This document shows positions 39,220 to 49,190 of a DNA stretch of 64,000 nt, one piece after another. A program made the translations under genes and the position numbers. The number at the start of each line of letters is the position of its first letter. Position 1 is the stretch's first letter. The notes beneath the pieces were generated by a model, which saw nothing but the letters and a program-made list of their open reading frames with translations, did not search any database and was not told where the DNA came from. The stretch is from Candidatus Cloacimonadales bacterium. GTDB lineage: Bacteria > Cloacimonadota > Cloacimonadia > Cloacimonadales > JAFGVF01. The stretch is taken from NCBI GenBank assembly GCA_963667035.1, contig OY762964.1, positions 2,432,001-2,496,000 of the forward strand, read 5' to 3'.

Positions 39220-39686
39220 TGAAGGCGTATCTCGGTTTAGGATCTAATCTGGGAGACAGACAAGCCTATTTAACTACAGCTTTGACGTATCTTGAAGAGC
39301 AAGTTGTCATCTCCAAAACAAGTTCAACAATTGAGACCAAACCATTGGGACTAACTAACCAACCCGACTTTTTAAACATGGTATGTGAGATTGAAACTAA
39401 CTTACAACCTCATAAGTTATTGGAATTATGTCTAGCAATTGAAGCAAAAATGGGACGAGTTAGAGAGATTAAGTGGGGTCCGAGAAATATAGATATTGAT
39501 ATTCTTCTCTATGAAGATATGATAATAAAAGAAAAAGATTTACAAATTCCACATCAGTACTTGACAGAAAGAGCATTTGTCCTTATTCCCTTAAACGAGT
39601 TATGTTCGAATCTTGTTCATCCGATAACAGGGAAGACAATGTGGGATCACTTACAAATATTAAAAGAAAAGGAAATGAAAAAATGA
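39219..39686 (+). CDS. folK: 2-amino-4-hydroxy-6-hydroxymethyldihydropteridine diphosphokinase
   Basis: LGLGSNLG, QPDFLN, WGPRNIDIDIL, RAFVLIPL. Confidence 0.96.
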   Translation: MKAYLGLGSNLGDRQAYLTTALTYLEEQVVISKTSSTIETKPLGLTNQPDFLNMVCEIETNLQPHKLLELCLAIEAKMGRVREIKWGPRNIDIDILLYEDMIIKEKDLQIPHQYLTERAFVLIPLNELCSNLVHPITGKTMWDHLQILKEKEMKK

Positions 39687-40705
39687 GTTCTGTAGCATCA
39701 ATAATTCTGGCAGCAGGTAAAGGTACAAGAATGAAATCCAATAGACCCAAGGTTGTATTTGAGCTTGCGGATAAGTCACTAGTACAAAGAGTCGTAGAAA
39801 CAGCAGTAAAAGCTGAATGTGACTTGATTAATGTTGTTGTAGGATATCAAAAAGAGACTGTGATTGGTGCAATAGAGACTGACTGTGAGTTACTATTCTC
39901 AGAGCAAGTAGAGCAGAATGGAACAGGTCATGCCGTTATGGTTGCAAGAGACTCTATGCCTGACTTCGATGGTGAAATATTTATTCTGTGTGGTGATGTT
40001 CCACTATTAAGAGCGGAGACATTAAAGAAAATGATTGAAGAACACAGAGAGAATAAAGCTTCATGTACTGTACTAACAGCATTCATGGATGATCCTGCAA
40101 TGTACGGTAGAATAGTTAGAAATGAAGACTGTAATGTTGATCGTATCGTAGAGTTTAAGGATGCTAATGATTCTCAAAGAGCCATAAAAGAGATAAATAC
40201 CGGCATATATTGCTTTAACTCTAAAGATTTATTTAGTGCTCTTGATAAACTGGACAATAACAATGCCCAAGGAGAATACTACTTAACCGATACATTGAGT
40301 ATCTTGAATAAGGAAGGGAAAATTGTTAGTTCAGCAGTCCTTGAAAACTTTGTTGAAGCTGCCGGGGTTAACTCACAAGTACAATTAGCAGAGCTTGAAA
40401 CAGCTTATTACGATGAAATTAAAAATAACTTTATGAACAACGGAGTAATTATTGAGAATCCTAAATCAGTGATTATAGGTGACCAAGTTGAGATTGATAG
40501 AGATGTTACCATTCAGGCAAACTCCATAATTAAAGGCAAAACCAGAATTGAAGAAGGTGCTTTTATAGGACCTAACTGCTATATTATTGATTCAAAGATT
40601 TCTGAAAATGCAATACTTGAAGGCTACAATATAGTTAAAGACTCCACAATTAATGAGGAAGAAATACATCCCTTCCGTTCCACCTCCATTGAGGAATACG
40701 AATAG
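39683..40705 (+). CDS. glmU: GlmU-like GlcNAc-1-P uridyltransferase with a shortened hexapeptide-repeat domain
   Basis: LAAGKGTRMKS, GTGHAV, GDVPL, YGRIVR, EINTGIY, EYYLTD; 340 aa; ATGA overlap with folK. Confidence 0.8.
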   Translation: MSSVASIILAAGKGTRMKSNRPKVVFELADKSLVQRVVETAVKAECDLINVVVGYQKETVIGAIETDCELLFSEQVEQNGTGHAVMVARDSMPDFDGEIFILCGDVPLLRAETLKKMIEEHRENKASCTVLTAFMDDPAMYGRIVRNEDCNVDRIVEFKDANDSQRAIKEINTGIYCFNSKDLFSALDKLDNNNAQGEYYLTDTLSILNKEGKIVSSAVLENFVEAAGVNSQVQLAELETAYYDEIKNNFMNNGVIIENPKSVIIGDQVEIDRDVTIQANSIIKGKTRIEEGAFIGPNCYIIDSKISENAILEGYNIVKDSTINEEEIHPFRSTSIEEYE

Positions 40706-41203
40706 ATGAAGGAACAGAAATATTTATACTCACCTTGGAGATTAGACTATATACTTTCGGAAAAAGAAAAAGGATGTATTTTTTGCCTTAAGCCAAAGGT
40801 AAATGAAGATGATAAACACTTCATAGTTTATCGTTCAAAACACTGCTTTGTTATTTTAAACATTTATCCATACAATAACGGACACATAATGGTTGTCCCT
40901 AATCGTCATGCAAGCCACTTATTCGATTTGCATGATGAAGAGAGAAACGACTTATTCAAGATAGTTCAAGAATCTGAAAGGATACTAACAGAACATTATA
41001 ATCCACAGGGAATTAACATAGGAATGAATCTTGGGAAGGCCGCCGGAGCGGGGATTGATGAACATATACACGTGCATCTTGTACCTCGTTGGGATGGAGA
41101 TAATAATTTCATGTCAACTATTGGCGGTTATCGTGTTATCCCAGAGTCATTTGAACGCACCTACACTCAACTTAAAGAACAGTTTGACAGATTGAAGGGG
41201 TAA
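40706..41203 (+). CDS. HIT-family (Fhit/Ap4A phosphorylase-like) hydrolase
   Basis: CIFC, NIYPYNNGH, AGAG, HIHVHLVPRW. Confidence 0.92.
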   Translation: MKEQKYLYSPWRLDYILSEKEKGCIFCLKPKVNEDDKHFIVYRSKHCFVILNIYPYNNGHIMVVPNRHASHLFDLHDEERNDLFKIVQESERILTEHYNPQGINIGMNLGKAAGAGIDEHIHVHLVPRWDGDNNFMSTIGGYRVIPESFERTYTQLKEQFDRLKG

Positions 41204-41209
41204 AATAAT

Positions 41210-41656
41210 TTGTCGTTTGTGAAAAATAAATGGTTCATTATTACGGTAGTATTAGTAGTACTTATTACATTAGTTACTGTGTTGTTGATGCACAGTAAAG
41301 AAGAAGTAGTAGTTTCCGAAGAGGATGAATCAGTGATGTTGCCTCCCGTTCAAATTAAGATATTGAATGGTTGCGGGATACCGGGGGCGGCGAACTTGTT
41401 TGCAGATGCCCTATATTATGAAAACATAGTTGTGACTAGTACAGGGAATGCGAATAGCTTTAACTACAATAAAAGTATAATAATTGCTAAGAAAGATATA
41501 CCAGATGATCTTAAGAGATTGAGAGAAATGACTCTTATTGATGATTATACTCTTGCATTAACAGATAGAACAACTGCTCCATTCTTTGTAATTGTAGGGA
41601 AAGACTATGAGCAGGTGATAAAACGGATCAGAAGTAAGGAGAAATCTAAGAAATGA
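41210..41656 (+). CDS. Membrane-anchored LytR C-terminal domain protein
   Basis: N-terminal TM; ILNGCGIPGAA, GNA, VIVGKDY. Confidence 0.8.
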   Translation: MSFVKNKWFIITVVLVVLITLVTVLLMHSKEEVVVSEEDESVMLPPVQIKILNGCGIPGAANLFADALYYENIVVTSTGNANSFNYNKSIIIAKKDIPDDLKRLREMTLIDDYTLALTDRTTAPFFVIVGKDYEQVIKRIRSKEKSKK

Positions 41657-42009
41657 CCGAAGTACAAAATGCGATTATCGAAAGCGTGATTGGCTGGATG
41701 GTAGAGAAGAAAGCAGAAGATGTAAAATTTTTTGATGTCCGTGACAAAACAGATTACACAGATAATATTATAGTTGCAACTGGCTCAAATGAATTACATA
41801 TAAAAGCTATTGCTACTAATGTGCTGGACAAAGCCAAAGAATCAGGTTTGCGAATTTTGGGAAAAGAGGGCATGAATAATGCAAATTGGGTATTACTTGA
41901 TTTTGGAGACATTATAGTACACATAACAGTAGCTGAATCACGCGAGAACTATAAATTAGATAATTTGTTTCAAGAAATACAGCAAAAAAGAATAGAGACT
42001 GAAGAATGA
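41653..42009 (+). CDS. rsfS: Ribosome silencing factor
   Basis: EKKAEDV, WVLLDFGDIIVH, RENYKLD. Confidence 0.92.
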   Translation: MTEVQNAIIESVIGWMVEKKAEDVKFFDVRDKTDYTDNIIVATGSNELHIKAIATNVLDKAKESGLRILGKEGMNNANWVLLDFGDIIVHITVAESRENYKLDNLFQEIQQKRIETEE

Positions 42010-43781
42010 TAAAAGAATTAATTTTAGAAGACTTAAAGAAAATCGTCAATACTCTCAAATTAGAGAATAATGATCGTTATACAGTTGAAGAACCCAATAG
42101 CAAAGAGCATGGAGATTTCTCCACTAATATTGCTATGGTTCTTGCTAAATTAAACAAGACTTATCCACGTGATCTAGCCGGTAAAATTGTTGAGAAACTA
42201 AAAAAAAATAAGCATTACTCAAATGTTGAGATTGCAGGACCCGGATTTATCAATATAATAATATCACATGCTCTATATCAAGACATTCTACTTGAGATAT
42301 TTGAAGCAGGGGAAGATTTCGGTACTTCTACTTATGGAAACGGTCAAATGGTATTACTTGAGTTTGTGAGTGCAAACCCAACCGGGCCTCTCAATATTGT
42401 TAATGCTCGTGCCGCTTCCTATGGAGATGCTCTATGCAAAATTATGAGAAGAGTTGGATATACTGCAGAGCGTGAATTCTATATTAATGATGCAGGTAAC
42501 CAAGTTGATATATTAGCAGAGTCTGTAGAACTCAGGCTTAGAGAGCTTCGAGGAGAAGACATTGGTGAATTCCCTTTTGAAGCTTATCACGGTGATTATG
42601 TTATTGAACTTGCAAAAGAAATTAACAGTCTTGAAGGTAACAGAATTCTGCTTATGCCTGAAAAAGACAGACTTGATAAATTGAAAGAGTTCTCACTTCA
42701 ATATATTCATAATCTGCAGAAAAGCAGTCTTGCTAAATTTGATGTTGAATTTGATAATTGGGTTTCAGAGAAAAACTTAAGAAAACAGGGTATGGTTGAA
42801 GAAGTTCTCAGTTACCTTGCAGAAGCTCATTGCACATACGAGAAAGACGATGCTATTTGGTTTAAATCATCTGAGTTTGGTGATGATAAAGACAGAGTTC
42901 TGTTAAAAGCAGACGGAACACCAACCTATATTGTTCCGGATATTGCATACCATTTAACCAAGTATCAACGCGGGTTTGATGTAATGATAGATGTTCTCGG
43001 TCCTGACCACCACGGTTACATTCCAAGAATAACTGCTGCTATTGAAGCCCTTAAGTATGACCAGACAAAGCTTCAGTTTATTATACTTCAACAGGTAAAC
43101 CTGTTCGAACAAGGTGAAAAAGTGAAAATGTCCAAGAGACTTGGAAAACTGGTCACAATGGATGATTTATATAGAGCTGTTGGTAAAGATGTTTCACGTT
43201 TCTTTTTCTTACAACGCTCCACGAACTCACACTTGAACTTTGACCTTGAGCTGGCTACTAAGGATAGTAATGAAAATCCTGTATATTACTGTCAATATGC
43301 TCATGCAAGGATTCATAGCATCTTAAAAAATGCTAAGAAATTAGGTTGGAAGCCAAGAAAATCAGACTTGAAGAGTCTAGATTTACTTGTTGAACCGGAA
43401 GAAATGGATTTGATTAAGAAGATGTCGAGATTCCCTGAATTACTAATCTCTATTGCTGAGACCAGAGAAACTCACAGACTTCCTACTTATGTTATAGAAC
43501 TTGCAGGTTTATTCCATAAATATTATGGAAAACATAAAGTTGTTGATGAGCAAAATGAGATCATCACCAGAGCTAGGTTGCATCTGATAAAAATAGTTGG
43601 AAAAGTGTTAAAGATGGCTTTAGACCTTATGGGTGTTTCTGCTCCTGAAGAAATGAAGCAGAAAACTAAAACAACTCCTAAAAGCACTTCTACTAAAAAG
43701 AAAACAAGAACAACAAAATCAAGTTCTAAGAGTAAGACCGGAACATCAAAAAAGAGTACAACAACAAAATCAAAGAAATAG
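42006..43781 (+). CDS. argS: Arginyl-tRNA synthetase with a basic C-terminal tail
   Basis: HGDFSTN, AGPGFIN, EFVSANPTGP, YINDAGNQ, KMSKR, NPVYYCQYAHARI, GVSAPEEM. Confidence 0.96.
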   Translation: MIKELILEDLKKIVNTLKLENNDRYTVEEPNSKEHGDFSTNIAMVLAKLNKTYPRDLAGKIVEKLKKNKHYSNVEIAGPGFINIIISHALYQDILLEIFEAGEDFGTSTYGNGQMVLLEFVSANPTGPLNIVNARAASYGDALCKIMRRVGYTAEREFYINDAGNQVDILAESVELRLRELRGEDIGEFPFEAYHGDYVIELAKEINSLEGNRILLMPEKDRLDKLKEFSLQYIHNLQKSSLAKFDVEFDNWVSEKNLRKQGMVEEVLSYLAEAHCTYEKDDAIWFKSSEFGDDKDRVLLKADGTPTYIVPDIAYHLTKYQRGFDVMIDVLGPDHHGYIPRITAAIEALKYDQTKLQFIILQQVNLFEQGEKVKMSKRLGKLVTMDDLYRAVGKDVSRFFFLQRSTNSHLNFDLELATKDSNENPVYYCQYAHARIHSILKNAKKLGWKPRKSDLKSLDLLVEPEEMDLIKKMSRFPELLISIAETRETHRLPTYVIELAGLFHKYYGKHKVVDEQNEIITRARLHLIKIVGKVLKMALDLMGVSAPEEMKQKTKTTPKSTSTKKKTRTTKSSSKSKTGTSKKSTTTKSKK

Positions 43782-43801
43782 ATTGGAAGATTTAGTTAAT
43801 G

Positions 43802-43839
43802 AAATCCTGTTGAAAATGAGTTTTTAACAGGATTTTTTT
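43802..43839 (+). terminator. Intrinsic terminator after argS
   Basis: AAATCCTGTT...AACAGGATTT followed by a T-run. Confidence 0.75.
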
Positions 43840-43877
43840 GTAACGTTTAATAGTTATAGAATTAATATGGGTGAAAT

Positions 43878-44369
43878 ATGAAGTTATTAGTTATGTCTGA
43901 CACGCATGGGAATAAAGAGTTTCTTTGCAATATATTGGATCGTGAGGATGGTATTGAAACTATACTGCATCTCGGAGATAATTATGAAGATATTTATTTA
44001 TGCGAGAGCGATCTTAAGAAGAAGAAAATCTACAGAGTCCCGGGGAATTATCATCCTGACTTGTTAAGTAAGAAAATTGAGCGTAGTCTTGACTTTGAGT
44101 TTAAAGGGATAGTATTTCGTTTAATTCATGATTTGCAGCAGTTAGATAATCATAAAGGATGTAATTATATTCTGTTCGGTCATACGCATGTTGCATTTTG
44201 TGAAGAAATGAAAGGAAGAGTGTACATCAATCCCGGACACTTAAAGAAAATAACCGATAGAGGACAAATAGCTTCATACGGATTATTTACAATAGATAAT
44301 AACATTGTTATATACGAAAATAAAAGATATGATGGCAAGCTGAATTACTCCAGATCATGGAAATATTAG
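43878..44369 (+). CDS. YfcE/MJ0936-like metallophosphoesterase
   Basis: SDTHG, HLGD, GN, FGHTH, INPG. Confidence 0.88.
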   Translation: MKLLVMSDTHGNKEFLCNILDREDGIETILHLGDNYEDIYLCESDLKKKKIYRVPGNYHPDLLSKKIERSLDFEFKGIVFRLIHDLQQLDNHKGCNYILFGHTHVAFCEEMKGRVYINPGHLKKITDRGQIASYGLFTIDNNIVIYENKRYDGKLNYSRSWKY

Positions 44370-44394
44370 CTGTTGACTCTTAAGGAGGAGATAA

Positions 44395-45384
44395 ATGAAG
44401 ACCATTGATGAAATACATCGACTAGTGTTAGAGAAAAGTGCTGTTTTGGATGAGCTAAGAAATGAAGTTCATAAAGCAATCATCGGACAGGAGTACATGA
44501 TAAAAAGAATACTTGTAGGACTTTTAGCTAATGGTCACATTCTATTAGAAGGTGTTCCCGGTCTTGCAAAAACATTAACAATTCATACTCTTGCCAATGC
44601 TATTGAAGCTAGTTTTAATCGAATTCAGTTTACTCCTGACTTGTTACCTGCTGACGTAACAGGTACATTAATCTATAATCAGAAAACAGCTGAATTCACA
44701 TCCAAGAAAGGGCCAATCTTTGCTAACTTTATCCTAGCGGATGAAATTAACCGTGCCCCATCCAAAGTTCAATCGGCACTGTTAGAAGCCATGCAGGAAA
44801 GACAAGTAACTATTGGTGACCAAACTTATCTTCTGCCAAAACCTTTCCTAGTAATGGCAACACAGAATCCGTTGGAACAAGAAGGAACGTATCCACTACC
44901 TGAAGCACAAGTTGATAGATTCATGCTAAAAGTCATTATTGACTATCCAAACAGAGAAGAAGAGAAGCAGATAATGAACCTTATGGTCTCAGATGAAGAA
45001 ATTAAAATTAATCCGATTATCACCCCTCAACAGATACTAGAGATGAGAGAAGTAATCAAAGAGATACATATGGAAGAGAAACTCAAAGATTACATCCTTG
45101 ATTTAGTTTTTGCAACTAGAGAACCAGGTAAATATAAAAACTTGAAAGAGTTTGAGAATATGATTGAATGCGGAGCATCACCTCGTGCTACAATAGCATT
45201 AGCTAGAGCTGCTAAGGCTCATGCCTTCTTAGAGCATAGAGGCTATGTTTTACCAGATGATATTAAAGCTATAGGCAAGGATGTTTTACGTCATCGTATT
45301 ATATTAACCTATGAAGCTGAAGCTGAACAAATTGATCAAGACTTCATAGTTAACAGAATCTTTGATGAAATAGAGATTGCATAA
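44395..45384 (+). CDS. moxR: MoxR-family AAA+ ATPase
   Basis: EGVPGLAKT, RIQFTPDLLPAD, DEINRA, ATQNP.EQEGTYPLPEAQ.DRF. Confidence 0.95.
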   Translation: MKTIDEIHRLVLEKSAVLDELRNEVHKAIIGQEYMIKRILVGLLANGHILLEGVPGLAKTLTIHTLANAIEASFNRIQFTPDLLPADVTGTLIYNQKTAEFTSKKGPIFANFILADEINRAPSKVQSALLEAMQERQVTIGDQTYLLPKPFLVMATQNPLEQEGTYPLPEAQVDRFMLKVIIDYPNREEEKQIMNLMVSDEEIKINPIITPQQILEMREVIKEIHMEEKLKDYILDLVFATREPGKYKNLKEFENMIECGASPRATIALARAAKAHAFLEHRGYVLPDDIKAIGKDVLRHRIILTYEAEAEQIDQDFIVNRIFDEIEIA

Positions 45385-45387
45385 ATT

Positions 45388-46272
45388 ATGGAAACAAGTG
45401 ATATCCTCAAAAGAATACGTAAGATTGAGATTACAACGAGAAATCTTGTTGATGAAGTATTTGCAGGGGAATACCATTCACTCTTTCGTGGTCAGGGACT
45501 AGAATTCTCTGAAGTACGAGAGTATTTACCCGGCGACAACATTAGAGATATAGACTGGAATGTTACTGCTAGAATGGGAATACCATACATTAAGAAATTT
45601 GAGGAAACTCGAGAGCTTAATGTGATTTTCATTGTTGATAGCAGTGCATCAACTGTTTTCGGGACCAAGAATTATCTAAAATCAGAATATATTGCAGAGA
45701 TCACTGCTGTTCTATCCTTTTCTGCTCTCTCTAATCAGGATAAAGTTGGATTACTACTATTCTCAGATAAAATTGAGAAATACATTCCACCTCGAAAAGG
45801 GAGAAAGATAGCTCTACAAATATTAAGAGATATTCTTTTCTTTCAACCTGAAGGTAAGAAAACAAATCTTAAGCAAGCTATTGATTATATTTCAAGAGTA
45901 AACAAGAAGAGAAGCATAATATTTGTTATTTCTGACTTTCTTGATGATAACTATTGGGACAGCCTAAAAATTCTTGCCAGTAAACATGATGTTCTTGCTT
46001 TACAGATAATAGATAGAGCAGAGACAGAACTTCCCGATGCCGGTATTATTCCTTTCATTGATCCGGAGACTAATGAGATGTTTACTGTAAACACTTCAAA
46101 TAAAAAGATTCGTGATAGATACAATCTCAGCAACAAGATGCTTATGAGTAAAATCCGTAAAGGATTCAAAGAGAATAGAGTTGAAGCCTTGGAATTACAT
46201 ACAGATCAACCTTATGTCCTTGAATTACAGAAATTCTTCAAGAAAAGAATTAAACAGAAGGCTAGGATATAG
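45388..46272 (+). CDS. DUF58 (vWA-like) protein
   Basis: GLEFSEVREY.PGD.IRDIDWNVTAR, FEETRE, DSSAS, ISDF. Confidence 0.92.
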   Translation: METSDILKRIRKIEITTRNLVDEVFAGEYHSLFRGQGLEFSEVREYLPGDNIRDIDWNVTARMGIPYIKKFEETRELNVIFIVDSSASTVFGTKNYLKSEYIAEITAVLSFSALSNQDKVGLLLFSDKIEKYIPPRKGRKIALQILRDILFFQPEGKKTNLKQAIDYISRVNKKRSIIFVISDFLDDNYWDSLKILASKHDVLALQIIDRAETELPDAGIIPFIDPETNEMFTVNTSNKKIRDRYNLSNKMLMSKIRKGFKENRVEALELHTDQPYVLELQKFFKKRIKQKARI

Positions 46273-46273
46273 A

Positions 46274-47194
46274 ATGAAAAAGTATAGTATGACATTAGCA
46301 ATAATCCTTTCAATACTATCCTGCTTCTCTGTTAACATGGATGAAAAAGTTGTTAAACCTGATACTTTGAATATTGGAACACCGATGAGTCTTGTTCTCT
46401 CTTTTTCAAGTTCGGTTGACAGTATCAGTTTAGTCTTACCGGATACATTATCGACTCTAGATTTTAATGTAACTGATGTAATAAGAGAGAAGGAAGGAGT
46501 TTCCGGAGCTTCTATATACTTTGCCCCTTTTGAAACAGGACAGGTTATTCTCCCTTCTTTTGAAGTTGAAACTTGGAAAGATGAGATTCCTGAATTACAC
46601 AACACTAGGCAATACACTTTTTTAGTGCAATCAGTCCTCCCGGATAGTGGTGCTGTTTTGAGAGAAATCTCCGGACCTGAGAAAGTTTATCTAAACTTTT
46701 GGGACTACTTACTCATAGTTGCAGTAATTGCTACATTAATTCTGATAATTTGGTTAATTACAAAGATACCAAAGAAAGAGCTACAAAAAGAAATAAAAAA
46801 GAAACCTGAGATTGTCATCCCTGCTTGGGAAATAGCATTACAGTCGTTAAAGAGATTGAAAGAAACAAATCTTCCTTCTAATGGAAAGTTCCTGGACTTC
46901 TATTTTGAGCTATCATTAATATTAAGACGATTACTTGAAGGTCATTATATGTTTAATGCAGCAGAAATGACAACTTACGAAATTAATGAAGTACTATCTG
47001 AACTAAAGGTTGAGGATAGAATTGAAATCAAGAGTTTTCTTCAGAAATGTGATATGATTAAATATGCTAAACAGCTTCCTTCTATAGAAGAAGCAGAAAA
47101 AGACTATAATTGGGTACTTACTTATACGGCAGCAGTCAGAGATAGAGAGATGGCTAGAATTAAAGATTTAGAAAAGGAGAAACAAAATGTTTGA
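46274..47194 (+). CDS. bat-operon membrane protein (DUF4381-like)
   Basis: Signal peptide, Ig-like region, TM, AAEMTT, DMIKYAK; position in operon; start moved to MKKYSM. Confidence 0.7.
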   Translation: MKKYSMTLAIILSILSCFSVNMDEKVVKPDTLNIGTPMSLVLSFSSSVDSISLVLPDTLSTLDFNVTDVIREKEGVSGASIYFAPFETGQVILPSFEVETWKDEIPELHNTRQYTFLVQSVLPDSGAVLREISGPEKVYLNFWDYLLIVAVIATLILIIWLITKIPKKELQKEIKKKPEIVIPAWEIALQSLKRLKETNLPSNGKFLDFYFELSLILRRLLEGHYMFNAAEMTTYEINEVLSELKVEDRIEIKSFLQKCDMIKYAKQLPSIEEAEKDYNWVLTYTAAVRDREMARIKDLEKEKQNV

Positions 47195-48167
47195 GTTTCT
47201 AAATCCATATTGGTTCTTAGCATTGTTAATTATTCCTGCATATATTATATGGGAAATTGTCTACGTTAGAAAACAAAAATCACGGATACCCTTTAGCAAA
47301 TTATCATTACTAAAAAAGGCCTCCGGTTATCAATCATTTATGCAATATGTTCCCTTACTATTAAGAGTACTTACTATTCTATTCTTAGTTATTGCTCTTA
47401 CTAGACCAAGGCTTGGTAAACAGAATGTTGAAATTGAAGGGCAAGGAATCGACATTGTTCTGGCAATTGATGTATCCGGTTCTATGATGGCTGTTGATTT
47501 TAAGCCTAAGAACAGGCTTGAAGCTGCAAAAACAGTGGCGGATGAGTTTATCGATGAACGTAAAAATGATAGAATTGGATTAGTAGTATTCTCAGAGTAT
47601 GCAGTAACACAATGTCCTTTAACTCTTGACTACAACATACTTAAGAATCTTCTTAAAGATATAGAAATCAATCAGGAGAGTAGTACAACTGCTATTGGGA
47701 TGGGACTTGCAACAGCAGTAAATCGACTGCATAAATCAAAAGCAAAATCAAAAGTTGTTATTTTAATAACAGACGGTAAAAACAATGCAGGTAAGATAGA
47801 TCCTTATGGAGCAGCTGAATTAGCCAAAACCTATGGGATAAGAGTATACCCTATAGCTGTAGGTTCTAACGGATTAGTTGATTTTCCAAATAACAGAGGT
47901 GGTTATTCTAAGGTTAAAATAGAAATGGATTTGCCAACTTTAAACCAAATCGCCAAAATAACCGGAACTCAGAAAGCAGCTTTAGCTCGCAATACTGAAC
48001 AGTTAAAAAGTGTTATTCAGGAAATTGACAGACTAGAGAAATCCAAGTTTAAAATGAATAAATATACTACTTGGAAAGAATTGTTTCCCATTTGGTTAGC
48101 ATTAGCACTATTGAGTTTAATAACTGAGCTGTTATATAGATTTGTAATAAGAAAGGAGTGGATATAA
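47187..48167 (+). CDS. batA: BatA vWA protein
   Basis: FEFLNPYW, ALTRP, DVSGSM MIDAS, DRIGLVVF, CPLTLD, LITDG. Confidence 0.88.
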   Translation: MFEFLNPYWFLALLIIPAYIIWEIVYVRKQKSRIPFSKLSLLKKASGYQSFMQYVPLLLRVLTILFLVIALTRPRLGKQNVEIEGQGIDIVLAIDVSGSMMAVDFKPKNRLEAAKTVADEFIDERKNDRIGLVVFSEYAVTQCPLTLDYNILKNLLKDIEINQESSTTAIGMGLATAVNRLHKSKAKSKVVILITDGKNNAGKIDPYGAAELAKTYGIRVYPIAVGSNGLVDFPNNRGGYSKVKIEMDLPTLNQIAKITGTQKAALARNTEQLKSVIQEIDRLEKSKFKMNKYTTWKELFPIWLALALLSLITELLYRFVIRKEWI

Positions 48168-49183
48168 TGCACTGGGGAAATGCCACAGGATTAATTCTAC
48201 TACTTCTGATTCCAATTGCATTTATCTTGATTGGAGTTGAACGTAAAAGACAGAGAAAATTGTTTAAAAGATTTGCTCAAGAAAGATTTTATGAATTCTT
48301 TCTTAATGGATTTAACCGATTTAACTGGTGGCTTAGAAGCTTTTTATTAATTATCGCCTTGTTCTTTTTAATTATAGCTTTTTCTCGTCCTCAGTGGGAC
48401 AAAGAGATACAAGATATCAGCAGAAAAGGTATAGATATAGCAGTCTGTATTGATGTTTCGAAATCAATGGATGCAACAGATATATCTCCCAGTAGAATTG
48501 ATAGAGCTAAAGATCAGATTTCATTGTTTATTGAACAATTGGAAGGGGATAGGGTTGCAATTATACCTTTTGCCGGAGTTGCACATGTTCAATGTCCTTT
48601 AACAGACGATTATAGTGCAGCCCAGATGTTTCTTAATACTTTAGACACTGACTTTATTCCCGTTTATGGAACAAACGTAGGTGCAGCATTACAGAAAGCT
48701 AAAGAAATTTTTCCTGATAATTCAAAACATAAACTTGTAATCTTAGTTAGCGATGGAGAAGATCTTGAAGAGAAAGGTTTAAAAATAGCAGATCAAATGA
48801 GTAAAGAAGGAATCACCATTTATTCATTAGGTATTGGTTCTCCGGAAGGAAGCCCAATTCCTATTGCTAATGAAAATGGAGAAGTTGAATACATAAAAGA
48901 TAGTAACGAAGATATTGTAATGTCAAAGCTTGATGTAGAATCCTTAGGTAAGATAGCTGGATCTACAGGAGGCCGTTTCTATATTATAACTCCCAAGCAG
49001 ACAGAAATATTTGAGATTCTTAGAACAATACAAGGACTCGAGAAAAATAAATATAGCTCGAAAATGTTTAATAGATATAAAGATCAGTATCTTTGGTTTG
49101 CAATATTTGTGTTAATACTTATAAGTATTGAACCGTTAATAAATGTACGTAAAACATACAAACATGAAAGGTTTATTTCTTGA
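48167..49183 (+). CDS. batB: BatB vWA protein
   Basis: RPQW, DVSKSM, PSRIDRAK, GDRVAII.FAG, PLTDDY, SDGED; TAATG overlap with batA. Confidence 0.88.
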   Translation: MHWGNATGLILLLLIPIAFILIGVERKRQRKLFKRFAQERFYEFFLNGFNRFNWWLRSFLLIIALFFLIIAFSRPQWDKEIQDISRKGIDIAVCIDVSKSMDATDISPSRIDRAKDQISLFIEQLEGDRVAIIPFAGVAHVQCPLTDDYSAAQMFLNTLDTDFIPVYGTNVGAALQKAKEIFPDNSKHKLVILVSDGEDLEEKGLKIADQMSKEGITIYSLGIGSPEGSPIPIANENGEVEYIKDSNEDIVMSKLDVESLGKIAGSTGGRFYIITPKQTEIFEILRTIQGLEKNKYSSKMFNRYKDQYLWFAIFVLILISIEPLINVRKTYKHERFIS

Positions 49184-49190
49184 GGTTAAA

